Translations under genes and position numbers: made by a program
The notes under the pieces: model-generated
Seen by the model: only the letters and a program-made list of their open reading frames with translations
Database searches by the model: none
Told to the model about the DNA's origin: nothing
Shown here: positions 1 through 12,484 of the stretch, one piece after another
How the letters are laid out: every line of letters starts with the position of its first letter
Numbering within the stretch: position 1 is the first letter of the stretch
NCBI GenBank assembly: GCA_951406725.2
Contig: OX597817.1
Coordinates: 55,180,001 to 55,244,000 of the forward strand
From: Octopus vulgaris
Taxonomy: Eukaryota
Direction of reading: 5' to 3'
Length of the DNA: 64,000 nucleotides

Positions 1-547
1 CATTATTCTTTTTATTTCATACTTTCTTTCTTCCATCCTTCCTTTCTGTCGCCAGTTCTTTTTCACTTCATTTCAATTCTTTCTCACAGGATTCTTTAAA
101 TTCTGCTGTTTGCGTGCCTTTTTTTTCTTTAAATGCTGTTTACATACATTGCAGTGTGTTTATGTATCCATTTCAAGAAATATGTGTATATTTGTACGTT
201 CAGCGATGAGTGCGTCACCAAGGACGTATGCGCATGAGCATGCGTGTTTCATTCAACATGTTTTCGGGTGCTTTTAAATATTCGTGCATCATTTGTTTCT
301 ACGTGTGTGCGTATATAAATATATGTATGTGTATGTATATGTGAGAGTGTGTGTCTGTGTGTGTTGACATGTCCATTGATGTATGTATATCTGACTTAGA
401 ATGTATGTGGATGTGTGAATGTCGAAAATGGGGATTTCGAGGCGAATTTGTTGTGCTTTTTTTTTATTATTCAAGATTGAGCTAACATATACATGTTTTT
501 TGCAATTATTTATTATACAGATATAAAGCTATTACGACCATTTGCAG

Positions 548-594
<47 letters not shown>

Positions 595-1732
595 CGTATG
601 CGTCTCGATACCTGTATATACACACACATATATATATATGCGTGTGTGTGTGTGTCTACATACGGAGATATAAATATCATAGATATATATATTTATGTAC
701 ATATATGCATATGTATATATATATATGCATTTGTGTATGTGTGTGTATGTGTTCATACAATATCTGTATTTATATACTTATATGTTGGAATATGCATACA
801 TGTTTATACATACACACACACACACATAAATACACATACATATACATATGATTGTGAGAGGGAGTCAATGTAATCCTTAGTTTTATATGTCCATATAAAT
901 ACATGCATATTTGTGTACGTATATATATATATGTGTGTGTATGTGTGTGTGTCTGTGTGTGTATATGTGTCTGTCTGTGTGTAGCTTTTGAAATGGTGCA
1001 CACACACCTACGTACACGTCGTGTAATCCGAGTAGAAAATTATTCGCTGATCTCTAAAGCTGTTTAGAAAGTGATGAAGTTTTTAATGCCGCAGTCTATT
1101 CATACAAGTTATCGTGTTATCTGACAAGCTGTGATGTGTGAAATCGCTGTAAAAATGGTAAAATAAGGAGTCGAAACGTAATCCATCATTGCTACAACTT
1201 GTCAGGATTCGTTCTTATGATTAGAACAAAATTTACTTATTTTACAACATTTATTTTCTTTCTTCGTAAAAAGACAAATCAGAGAATAAGTGAAAACAAG
1301 CAGAAGCGAAAAACATAATGAAAAAAATCCTGAAGCTTTCGTCTGCTTCACCAAGTAACAAATAATAAGAAAGGGAATACACATACAAGACACACACACG
1401 CGCTCGCGCACCCGCGAACATACTTACATATACACACACATGTAAACTTGCGGTTGAAACGTGAAAAGTGCACCTTAATCTTCTGGTTAGTCAGCACTTC
1501 CTGCTGCGCATGCCCAGTGAAATAAGAATATAGAAAACCATGACGTGATCGAATAGGATCAGACAAGTTATCCTTGAAAACTAAACGATTGGCATTCTAT
1601 ATGTTTGGGTAGTGTCAATCATGCATACATACATTCATACATAAACTTATGACATATATGCTTATATTTTATTTTTATAATTGGGGATGATCATTTTAAC
1701 TATTATATACATGTGAATACATACATAGAGGC

Positions 1733-1792
<60 letters not shown>

Positions 1793-1819
1793 ATCTGTAT
1801 ATGTGTGTTTGTATTTATG

Positions 1820-1850
<31 letters not shown>

Positions 1851-1858
1851 GTATATAA

Positions 1859-1935
<77 letters not shown>

Positions 1936-2900
1936 TACACTATATACATACATACATAATTACATACATACATACATTTATGTGTGTGTGTGTGGGTGTT
2001 TGTGTGTGTGTGTGTGCAGCAACCTAAATTCGATGACGTATACTACGGGCTGGAGGTCAGCTGAGCTAGTGTGTGATACTCAGTACCTCGATAATAAACT
2101 AGTTATGAAACAATTCTATCCGATGTTCCCCATGCTGCATATTTTTTCAATATTTATTCGTAGTCTTCCTACCGTTAGTTGTTAACTTTGAGTTGTATGT
2201 ATATGATAAGAAGTGTATAAATTGTTATGTTAATAAATATATTTTACTATATACTGTCCACTTTCTCTCCTCCATAATATTGTCGTATTGCTTGAAGATT
2301 ATTTCCCTTAAACAGTAGGATCCATGTATTGTACATATCTATTGATGCGCATAACCTCCCTACACGATGACTGTCTACTCGTTAGAGGAACACGCTACCG
2401 AGGTCAACTTTGCCTCACATCATTGACGGAATGATGTGAGGCAATAACTACAAACTGAGCAGCTGAGGGGTCGATGCAATCGACTAACCCACTTCCTGTA
2501 TAAAATTCCGGGCCATTTGCCAAAGGTAACAATAATTATATAAAAGGGATTATCAACTAAGGAACCGAGCATTAAGGATCCCATTTCACTGAGAATTAAA
2601 AGCCATGAGACCTGACCAGAGAGCTCTTGGATAGTGTGTTAGTCAGTGCGATCAAAAGTCTAAGACCATATCTTAAACTCAGTATTAATATCGTTTGCCA
2701 CCATAAGAATGATGTATGTAGAATGTATGGTCACCTAGGATTAACTACAGATGTGGGTGTATGGTTAGAAGTTTGCTTCCCAGTCACATGGTATCGGTTT
2801 CAGTTCCACTCTGTGGGACTTTGGGCGATAGTTTTCTGATATAGCTCCGGTCTGACCAAAGTTTGCTAAGTGGATTTGGTAGACGGAAACTGACAGAATC

Positions 2901-3009
<109 letters not shown>

Positions 3010-3113
3010 TGGTATAATGTATATAAGGTATATATGTATATATAAATACATACACACACACACAAATACGTATGTATGCATTTATGTATGTATATATATA
3101 TATATATATATAT

Positions 3114-3428
3114 ACAATTGCAGCGTGGAAGGTGTTTATAAGCCATTTAAGAAACACACAAAAGCCGTTCGATTCACTTCAACATTTAAGTTTAATTTGT
3201 CAAAATATTTTCGTCGCTAAAATCCGCGACCTGTTCACTGACAAAAATCCGTGGTGAACAGGTCGCGGATTTTAGCGACGAAAATATTTTGACAAATTAA
3301 ACTTAAATGTTGAAGTGAATCGAACGGCTTTTGTGTGTTTTGTAAATGGCTTATAAACACCTACCACGCTGCAATTGTTTCAGCGCACGATCTCAGATCA
3401 AATTACTTGCTATGCGAGTACATCTCCG

Positions 3429-3432
<4 letters not shown>
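3114..3432. mobile_element. Foldback element (probable PLE pLTR derivative): ~125-bp inverted arms 3114-3238/3254-3378 plus a ~54-bp unpaired tail, between (TA)n tracts
   Basis: ACAATTGCAGCGTGG...CCTGTTCAC followed after a 15-nt spacer by its near-perfect reverse complement; carries an HHR fold; TA repeats on both sides. Confidence 0.8.
3196..3245 (-). ncRNA. Minimal type-I hammerhead ribozyme, G3-C8 core variant
   Basis: Minus strand TTTGTCA-GTGAACA-G-GTCGC(GGATTTTA)GCGAC-GAAA-ATAT-T-T-TGACAAA: 7-bp helix I, 5-bp helix II, palindromic helix-III loop. Confidence 0.75.
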
Positions 3433-3479
<47 letters not shown>

Positions 3480-3506
3480 TATGTGTGTGTGTGTTTGCGT
3501 ATGTAT

Positions 3507-3566
<60 letters not shown>

Positions 3567-3567
<1 letters not shown>

Positions 3568-3884
3568 TGAAGGGTAAAGACACCCTTGTGTCAAGAATGA
3601 CCATGTGATTGCACCTAGAATGTTTCTCCCCAAGGCATAAGTCCGGCAACGTTTTTACGGAAGACCGGCAGTCGCCCATGCATACCAGCCCCACCCCTAT
3701 CACTTCTCTACGCCGATACAGCTTGGCACCAGTGACCGCGCGACCTCATTTCTTTTGGTGAGTGAACTGGTGCAACGTGAAATAACGTGTCTTGCTCAAG
3801 AACACAACACAGCCCGTTCCGAGAAGCGAACTAAGTATTTCATGACTGAGCCATACGCTCTAACCATTCGGCTATGCACCCTCA

Positions 3885-3885
<1 letters not shown>
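3567..3885 (-). mobile_element. tRNA-derived SINE (third family), diverged
   Basis: Minus-strand head GGTGCATAGCCGAATGGTTAGAGCGT...GCTGTGTTGTGTTCTTGAGCAAGAC resembles the head at 41403. Confidence 0.6.
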
Positions 3886-3975
<90 letters not shown>

Positions 3976-4029
3976 GAGTGCGCGTGTGTGTGTTGGAAGG
4001 TAGTTCCGCCTAGTTATCGTTTATGAAAT

Positions 4030-4448
4030 ACTTATTTCTTTACTACCCACAAGGGGCAAAACACAGAGAGGACAAACAAGGACAGACAAATGGATTAAGT
4101 CGATTATATCGACCCCAGTGCGTAACTGGTACTTATTTAATCGACCCCGAAATGTTGAAAGGCAAAGTCGACCTCGGCAGAATTTGAACTCAGAATGTAA
4201 GGCAGACGAAATACCTATTTGTTTACTACCCACAAGGGGCTAAACACAGAGAGGACAAACAAGAACAGACAAACGGATTAAGTCGATTATATCGACCCCA
4301 GTGCGTAACTGGTACTTATTTAATCGACCCCGAAAGGATGAAAAGCAAAGTCGACTACGGCGGAATTTGAACTCAGAACGTAACGGCAGGCGAAATACGG
4401 CTATGCATTTCGCCCGGTGTGCTAACAATTCTGCCAGCTCGCCGCCTT
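4030..4448 (-). mobile_element. SINE family B with its 3' part tandemly duplicated
   Basis: Matches copies at 24678, 26738, 53239, 57748; segment TTTACTACCCACAAGGGG...GGCAGACGAAATAC occurs twice. Confidence 0.85.
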
Positions 4449-5329
4449 ACTGTAAATATGATACTGGTCAACTGGAAATGTAAGCAGATGAAGCATAGGG
4501 GACAAAGCAGAAAGTTGGGGGCAAATATGAGACTACATAGATGCAAAGTTGATATCCTAACGACACGGCTCCACCTGCCGCTAAGTTACTGAAATACAAC
4601 TCCTGCACATGTCTGATTGTTAAGCGCGCTACCAGTTCTCTTATCCTACCCATTAAAATAAATTTGTATCAAAGGCCTGCGTTGTATCGTCGATTTAATC
4701 AATCCAATATTCGTATGGGGCTTTTGTTATCAACCCCGGAAAGATTAAAGACATATTCGATCCCGATGGAGTTTGAACCTTTTACATTCGAAATTCAAAT
4801 CCAACCGGGATTACATTTCATCTTTCCAAAAGTTGATCACATAAAAAAAAAAAAAAAAAAAAGAATCTCAAGCACAGATATCGTTTTAATCAATTGTTCC
4901 CTATCGGAAAATATATGACCTTGTACCAAGATTAAAAATCGATATTATTAGAATTGAGAATATATTTGTTGCACAGTCGTCGATGTTGTTGTTATATTTG
5001 TTGCCGTTGTTGTTGTTGTTGTTGTTATCGCCGATGTTGTTAAGCGTATTGCTGAGCCCTCATATCAATCTTGGTCACGGAGCCCTATGACTAAGTGTAT
5101 GCCAGTCGGGATCATTTTGATACTTTATGGTTGTCTTGGGGCTGCAATTTCTAAAGGAATATTAAAATCATTCGAAAAATACTTCCATGAGAGTGTAGAT
5201 ACAAAGAGGCAATTAGGGAATCCTACAAAGTTGTTTGAGGATTGAAATTCGTGCAAAGACAAATACAAACGTCCATCCATCCATCCGTAGATACATACAC
5301 ACACACACATACATAAATGCATACATACA

Positions 5330-5369
<40 letters not shown>

Positions 5370-5419
5370 AATGGTTTTGTTATATACATATGTGCATATG
5401 CATATGTCTATATGAATAC

Positions 5420-5468
<49 letters not shown>

Positions 5469-5534
5469 AACATACAAACACACACGTATGTATGTATAAA
5501 CACACACACATATTTATATATATATATAATATAG

Positions 5535-5870
5535 TCGCAGGTGTGGCTGTGGTAAGCAGCTTGCTTACTGACCATATGCTTCAGGGTTAAGTTCCACTGC
5601 GTGGCACCTTGGGCAGGTGTCTTCTACTATAGCCTTGTGAGTAGATTTGGTAGACGGAAACTGAAAGAAACCCGTCGTATATATAAATGTATATATTTGT
5701 GTGTGAGTGTGTATGTGTGTGTGTATGTATCTGTGTGTCGCTCGACAACAGATGGTGGTGTGTTCATGTCCCTGTATCTTAGCGGTTCGGCAAAAAGAAT
5801 CCGATAGAATAAGTACCAGGTGGTGTTCCAGTATGGCCACAGTAAATGATTGAAACAAATAAAAGGAAAT
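5535..5870 (+). mobile_element. SINE family A, internally deleted copy
   Basis: Similar to 28977-29377 (head, internal TA/TG tract, CCAGTATGGCCACAGT...GAAACAA tail). Confidence 0.75.
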
Positions 5871-5987
5871 AATATATATATATATATACACGAAATCATT
5901 TTGAGTAAAAATCAATAAGCAGAGTAGTCCATCTAATGAGAGTCTAATATCACTATAAATGCTTCATTCTACATATGTACGTCCATC

Positions 5988-6032
5988 AGCGCCTGACGAG
6001 CGTACTTATGTACGTGAAACTATTCGCAGCGC
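5988..6032 (+). ncRNA. Hammerhead ribozyme-like motif with canonical core, inside short inverted repeats (5958-5976/6042-6059)
   Basis: CTGACGA-GCGTAC(TTAT)GTACGT-GAAA-CTAT-T-C; helix I only 2 bp, probably decayed. Confidence 0.6.
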
Positions 6033-6061
6033 ATATAATGGATATAGTATGAAGCATTGAT

Positions 6062-6132
<71 letters not shown>

Positions 6133-6312
6133 GGGCGTGCGGTGATATTTCTGGTTGGGGAAGCAATGACCAGTGTTTTCTGTCATATAGATATTTGAAT
6201 GAAATTGACATGTTCATATTATACTGCTATTTTAAAAATAAAAAAAGTCACGTTTTATATTAAGGGTGTTCTGTAATTGGAAACGGTATAAAACATTTTT
6301 TGAATATTATTA

Positions 6313-6732
6313 GGCGTAGGAGTGTCTGTGTGGTAAGTAGCTTGCTTACCAACCGCATGGTTCCGGGTTCAGTCCCACTGCGTGGCACCTTGAGCAAGTG
6401 TCTTCTACTATAACCCTGGGCTGACCAAAGCAACTGTGAGTTAATTTGGTAGACGGAAACTGAAAGAAGCCTGTCGTATATATGTGTATATATGTGTGTA
6501 TGTGTGTGTGTATATGCTTGTGTGTCTGTGTTTGTGTCCACAACATCACTTGGCAACCGATGCTGGTTTTTTACGTCCCCGTAACTTAGCGGTTTGGCAA
6601 AAGAGAACCTATAGAATAAGTACTAGGCTTACAAAGAATAAGTCCTGTGGTCGATTTGCTCGACTAAAGGCGGTGCTCCAGCATGGCCACCGTCAAATTA
6701 CTGAAACAAAAAAATATAAAAGAAAAGAATAA
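6313..6732 (+). mobile_element. SINE family A, full length (tRNA-like head, internal microsatellite, LINE-derived tail)
   Basis: GGCGTAGGAGTG..GTGTGGTAAG..GGTTCCGGGTTCAGTCCC A/B-box-like head; AAGGCGGTGCTCCAGCATGGCC tail; many copies in window. Confidence 0.9.
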
Positions 6733-7404
6733 ACTCAGAAAACTACGCGCGTGTTATCTTTTCCCCGTTTATTCTAATGGAAGCAGAATGTCAACTTGCT
6801 TCCCTTTTCCTATGTAAGTGTGACATAACAACGTAGGATTAAATATGTCATAGGTATTACGAATTGACAGAAACTTAATTTAAGCGTATAAGCATTTATT
6901 ATTTGCTTCTAAAACTATTCGTTATCAGCTCTTACAAGATAAAAATTTTCTTTGTGGCATTTTTATCAGAAACAATGTTAAAATATTACACCGAAAGAGA
7001 TGCAACAGCTCGTTTTGCATTTCTTGCACAGAATTTTTGCGTCGTCTGCCACTGCTTGTTGTTTCATGTTAATTCCGGCAATAAAAGTCTGAAGCCTATG
7101 ATGTCATGTAGTTTATATTAATTTTGCAGAACATTAAAAGAACGATCTTATGAAAAATAAGTAATATAGTTTTAATTTTGTTTCTATAATTTTTGAGGGA
7201 AACAATGCTTCCCTTGCTTCCTTGGACTGCAACCCTATGATATATATATGTATATATATAAAGAGAGAGAGAGAGAGAGAGAGAGGGGGAGAGAGATATG
7301 TGTGTGTATGTTGGTATTAGGAAGGGCATCCAGCACAAATGCTTTTTATCTAGAACCAGCACAGGGCTCTTGCTGGCCAACTCTTCTGTTGTGAAGAATG
7401 CCTA

Positions 7405-7740
7405 TTTATTACTCACGCCTTGGTGAAGGCAAAGGTATTGTTTTCAGTCACACTTGCTTGATCTTTGTTTGTCACGTTTGTTTGTTTGTTTGTTTGTCCA
7501 TGGACAAGACATCTCAAGAACCAGTGGATGGATTCCGATGAAACTTTCATGGATGTCTGGCCTGGTGACTGGGACGAACTGATTAGATTCTGGGATTGAT
7601 CCACTACCGGACAAGGATTCTGGATTATTTTTTCCGTTTTTTTTTTTTTTTTTAATTAACTTTTGAGAGCAGTTGGATTCATTCTTAGTATTCTCATTGT
7701 TGAGAGCAGTCGAGTATATTTCAGATACTTTCATTTTAAT
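7405..7740 (+). mobile_element. DINE-1/HINE-like non-autonomous Helentron-type element (tentative)
   Basis: CACGCC..GAAGGCAAAGGTATTGTTTTC start, (GTTT)n tract, AAGAACCAGTGGATGGATT..ATGAAACTTTC core resembling this class; boundaries approximate. Confidence 0.45.
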
Positions 7741-8220
7741 GATCGGTTGGTGAAGGACTAATCCACTTTATCCGGATTACGGGCAAAGAATAGGGTGAAT
7801 TTACAGATATCTAAAATAGCTCCTAGGTATTTAGGCTTCCATTGATAACCTGAGGTCATGTGGCTGTTCTCTCATAGCATCATCAGTTATTGTGATGCTG
7901 AAGCTTCATGCTTGAGCAGATACGATGTTGGCATTACGTTATCTTCATTCTGCCTTATGATACATCGTGCGTATGTATAAAGTTCTTTACATTGAAGAAT
8001 GCATGCCCAAAGATATACAAGATGCTGGTGCCAATTTGTTATCATTCTGTACAGTGTGGAATTCCAGCGAAAACAGTTATCACGTGAAGGGTAAAACTAG
8101 ATTAAAGTTGTTCGGTTACAGATGAGGTGCCAAGACAGAGACGAAAATTTATCATCTATACAAGCAACAGGATTTTTACACCTGCTATTTTGTGTCTGGT
8201 TGAGATGGGTTTCAGTTGGT

Positions 8221-8375
8221 ATATCCAGGTTGTCACACCATATCCAGGTTGTCACATCAGAAATGTCACAACAGAATTGATGGCTATTTTTCCATATCCA
8301 GGTTGTCACATCATATCCAGGTTGTCACACCATATCCAGGTTGTCACATCAGAATTGATGGCTAGTTTTCCATAT
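8221..8375 (+). repeat. Minisatellite, about 5 copies of ATATCCAGGTTGTCACA(C/T)C with a higher-order duplication
   Basis: Direct tandem copies visible. Confidence 0.85.
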
Positions 8376-8392
8376 TCTTCCTTCTTTCTCTC

Positions 8393-8428
8393 TCTTTCCG
8401 ACGAAGAGCTATGCTCGAAATGTTAACA
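8393..8428 (+). ncRNA. Hammerhead-like motif (U4C core, GAGC/GCTC helix II family)
   Basis: TTT-CCGACGA-A-GAGC(TAT)GCTC-GAAA-TG-T-T-AAC; same layout as 45568. Confidence 0.5.
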
Positions 8429-8706
8429 ACTCTCGCCTTTCACCGAGCGTCAAATTAATATATTGCTTGTGCATGTGTGTGTGTGTGTGTATATGTACAT
8501 AATGTAACAAGATTCAATTGAATAATGTATTTAAAGTTGAGGCACCTGGATAGGTTGGATTGTTATGTCGTGGATTTTAAATTATTCTAAATGTCCTTAA
8601 TTGTGAAATTCGTGTATTCATCTGAAGAAAATGTCTTTTATAATGATATAATGCACGCATTGATCGATTTAAAATTTCGTTAGGAACAGCTGTTACTTGT
8701 ATGTAA

Positions 8707-8763
<57 letters not shown>

Positions 8764-8764
<1 letters not shown>

Positions 8765-11492
8765 TACTCTTTTACTCTTTTACTTGTTTCAGCCATCCGG
8801 CTGAGGCCATGCTGGGGCACCGCCCTTGTTGCTACCCTCTCTAAGTCCAGTTTGCCGTGGCTGGCCACTGATCTAAGAGAGAGTTTGTAGCTGCTGCCCT
8901 TAGGTTACCTTCGTACCTTGCAGTGGGTTCATCTGGGATCCCGGAAAGCAGCTTGTCTAGATGTTTTTTGAAAATGTCCACATCCGCATCATGTAGATCT
9001 CTTAGTTTTCTTGGCAGTTTGTTGAAAAGCTGAGGGCCCCTGAACCCCAGGCTATTACAGTATCTGCTCCTTACCCTGGATGTGGAAGACGGGACCTTTG
9101 GCACCACACAGTGACGTCCTGTACGGGGATTGGAACAGCTCTCAATTCCAAAATTTGGTGCTAGTCCCTCCAGGATTTTCCATATGTATATCACTGCATA
9201 TCTCTCTCGTCTTCGTTCCAAGGAGTACAAATTGAGTTCCCTAAGCCTCTCCCAATAGTTCTTTTCTTTCATGGTGGAAATCCTCTTGGTGAAATGTCTT
9301 TGGATTGTCTCAAGCTCTGTGGTTAGTTTGACACTATGCGGTGACCACAGTTGGGAGCAGTAGTCCAGGAGGCTTAGGACAAATGTCCTCCATAGTGTCA
9401 ACATGGTCTCGCAGTCTCTTGTCCGGAATGTCCTCAGGATTCAGCCAGTGAGTCGTCTGCACATTGTCGCCACCTTCGCGATGTGTGAAGAAAAAGATGC
9501 ATCGTCACTCATGTCTATCCCCAGGTCCCGTATTGATTTCGATACTGGGATTTCGATCCCTCCTGGACCAGTATAGTTGTGTTGTAATGTATATGTGTTT
9601 ACAGCTTGATATTGTAAGGCTTGAAATTTACCAGCATTAAATTGCATGTTGTTGTCTTCAGCCCATTTGTATATGGCATCCAGATCTTGTTGTAAAAGGT
9701 CAGCATCAGCTGGGTTTTTGATTGCCTGTGCTACCTTTGTGTCATCAGCATAGCTAGTGAGGGATGTTGTTTGTGCTACCAAGGGCATGTCAGAGAGCGC
9801 CACCAAAAACAGCAAGGGTCCCAAGACTGTGCCCTGTGGCACCCCGCTTGCTATTGGTGTCTTTCCCGAGAGGGCTCCATTGGCTGCAACCATCTGGCTT
9901 CTGTCCTTCAGGAAGTCATGTATCCACTCACCTACTTTTCCTGTTATGCCGAGTCTAAGTAATTTGTGACATATCACTCCGTGGTCGACTTCGTCAAAGG
10001 CCTTCGCAAAGTCGAGATATACCACATCCACCTGTGAGCGATCCAGTAGTTGTTTCAGTACCCAGTCGTAGTGTTGTAACAGCTGCGTAAGGCAGCTTCT
10101 TCCTGGGCGAAAGCCATGCTGTGTGTCAGTGAGACGGTTAGTTTCTTCGAGGAACGTGATCAGTTTTTTTTCTGATGATTCGTTCCATGACCTTACTTAT
10201 GTGTGACGTCAGGGAGACTGGCCTGTAGTTTTTGGCCTCTGCTCTACTCCCTCCTTTGTGGATAGGGCATATGGTGCCTTCTTTTAGCGCCCTGGGCAGT
10301 TTACCGTTAGCCAAGGAACCACTGAAGAGCTTCTTCAGTGGTCCCGCTAGGGCATGCCTGCATGTTTTTAGGAGGACTGCTGGGAATCCATCTGGTCCAG
10401 CAGCTGAGTTTATTCTCATTTCTTCTATCGCAGATATTACATCCCTCTCTGTTATGTCTATGTGGTCGATGGTTGTTGTTTGGTTTTGGAGTGTTGTGGC
10501 ATCAAAGAAAACTTCTGGGTTTGTGATTTGCATGTGCCCCAGAGGGGATGTGAACACACTTTTATACTGTTCCTTTAGTATTTCACTTATCCCTTGGGGG
10601 TCCTCAGTTAGAGAGCCCTTTTTATCAAAGAGTGGGCCAATCTTGCAGTGTACCGAGGTGGTTTCTTTCGCAAATTTAAAGAAGGCTTTAGGGTTTGTTT
10701 TAATATTCTCTATGGCCCTGGCTTCTCTCTCTGCCCTCTCCTTCTCATAGGAAAGTTTGAGTGCAGTTTCCGTTTCAAAAAGTTTCAGGTGGAGTCCCTC
10801 ATTGTTTCTCTGCCGTGCATTCAGTTGCTTCGAGAGCTTAGCTCTTCGCCTCATAAGTATTTTCCTGTCTCTGGGAATAACGTTCCTATGCCCGCTGGCT
10901 TTTTTCTCCGGGACAAACTTATGGCATATGTTCTGTATTGTTGTCATGAAATGTTGGAAATGTGTGTTGGTGTCTTGTGTGGTGATGAAGTCACTCCAGT
11001 CATGTTTTCGGATCTCTTCGTTGATCTTCTTCCAGTTTGCCTTATGGAAGTTTAGACTGGATAGGCCTGTGGTATTTTCTAATGGCTGCGTCTCAACTAA
11101 CTCTCTCATACCATATATCATTACCTCTACTAAGTTGTGATCTGAGAGAATTGTTGGTGTTACCATTATGTTGTGGATGAGCATCGGGTTGCTTGTGAAA
11201 CAGAGGTCCAAGACATTCTCACCTCTTGTTGGCCAAAGCACTGCTTGCTCCATGAAAAACTTGCGTGTGAGAGCCAACAAGGACTCTGTCTGTCTCTGTT
11301 CAAGTGATGTCATTCCAGGGAGGAGATGGCCATCTGGCCATTTGACTTTCGGAAGGTTAAAATCTCCCAGCAGTAGAATGGTGTTACCCTGGTCCAGTTT
11401 GTCCAGGACTTCTTCTATTCTTCTGAGGCTATCTTCAAACACTCCTTCATGACTAGGGGTGTCTGGTGGCCGATATGTGACACATATTACTA
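8764..11492 (-). mobile_element. 5'-truncated CR1/L2-group LINE (APE endonuclease + reverse transcriptase) with (AAGAGTA)-type tail
   Basis: YRPP, LLGDFN, LDLCF, SDHN (APE); NYRPVSLTS, QHGFRPGRSC, YLDFAKAFD, GVPQGTVLGP, YADD, YSLERRRERY. Confidence 0.95.
8841..11490 (-). pseudogene. LINE ORF2 broken by one frameshift (poly-A near 10165-10172) and one TGA (9441-9443)
   Basis: ORFs 10138-11442, 9441-10031 and 8841-9404 join; the last two are in frame (RRLTG*ILRTFRTRD). Confidence 0.9.
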
Positions 11493-11499
11493 TTTATAT

Positions 11500-11569
<70 letters not shown>

Positions 11570-11618
11570 ATCTATCTATATATCTATTTATCTGTCTGTA
11601 TGTCTGTCTATTTAACTG

Positions 11619-11670
<52 letters not shown>

Positions 11671-12344
11671 CCTATATATATATATATACATATATATATC
11701 TGTAAAATAATATGTGACAATTATTCGGTAGCCAAGATAAAACCCTTTACATAATATTGAGGTCTCTTTCTTTCTTTTGTTATCTTACGGTTTTTACTAA
11801 GATATATATATATATATATTATGAATTAGATGTTGCTCTAGTAATGTAAACAGTATCTGTTGCAGATATATGGTGTATGTGTTTTGTTTATACACCAAGT
11901 TTGCCGCGGTGTATCGGCTAGGGAAGGCTCCTTACACAACGGTGAGTATTAAAGAAACACCTGAATGTCAAAGACAAGGACAGGGAGCTGGCTTGGGAAA
12001 TTCGGAGAATGGTAGATACCAATGCTTCACTATTACTGTGGCTTGTCAATACAATGTAATCGGATCATCTCGAAATGAATTGCTGGTCTGTGACTAATAT
12101 ACAAATAGAGTTAAGTCTATTTGCTGATGTGCTGCGGCGTAACACATATGAAAGAAAATTAAATTACCGCTAAAAAACGGATCTGGCAATGTAAACATAA
12201 TCGGTCACATATACATAGTGAGTGTGTTTTGTTTAAACGACACACTTGCTGTAGGATAACGTCCGGGGACAGCTCACATGGCATGACGCCGATAGTAAAC
12301 GGACACCTGTATGTCAAAAACAAGGCGCGACAATTCGTTTCAGG

Positions 12345-12378
<34 letters not shown>

Positions 12379-12447
12379 ACTGAAAATGTTTATACACACA
12401 CACATGTATACACACATACATATATCTATATGCATAAATTTATATGA

Positions 12448-12476
<29 letters not shown>

Positions 12477-12484
<8 letters not shown>

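Noticed and set aside
8221-8375. Short repeats with variable gaps, superficially CRISPR-like
   Set aside because: Mostly contiguous tandem units, the gaps resemble each other, eukaryotic context, no cas genes
8618-8700. CTGAAGA...GGAACAGCTGTT motif; similar weak cases at ~35600-35662, ~32805-32850 and ~57375-57445
   Set aside because: GAAA, core or helices broken; cannot be told from chance by eye
9757-11452. Plus-strand ORFs over the LINE (also 16150-18135 over the PLE and 22767-23012 over Tc1)
   Set aside because: Antisense shadows of transposon coding frames
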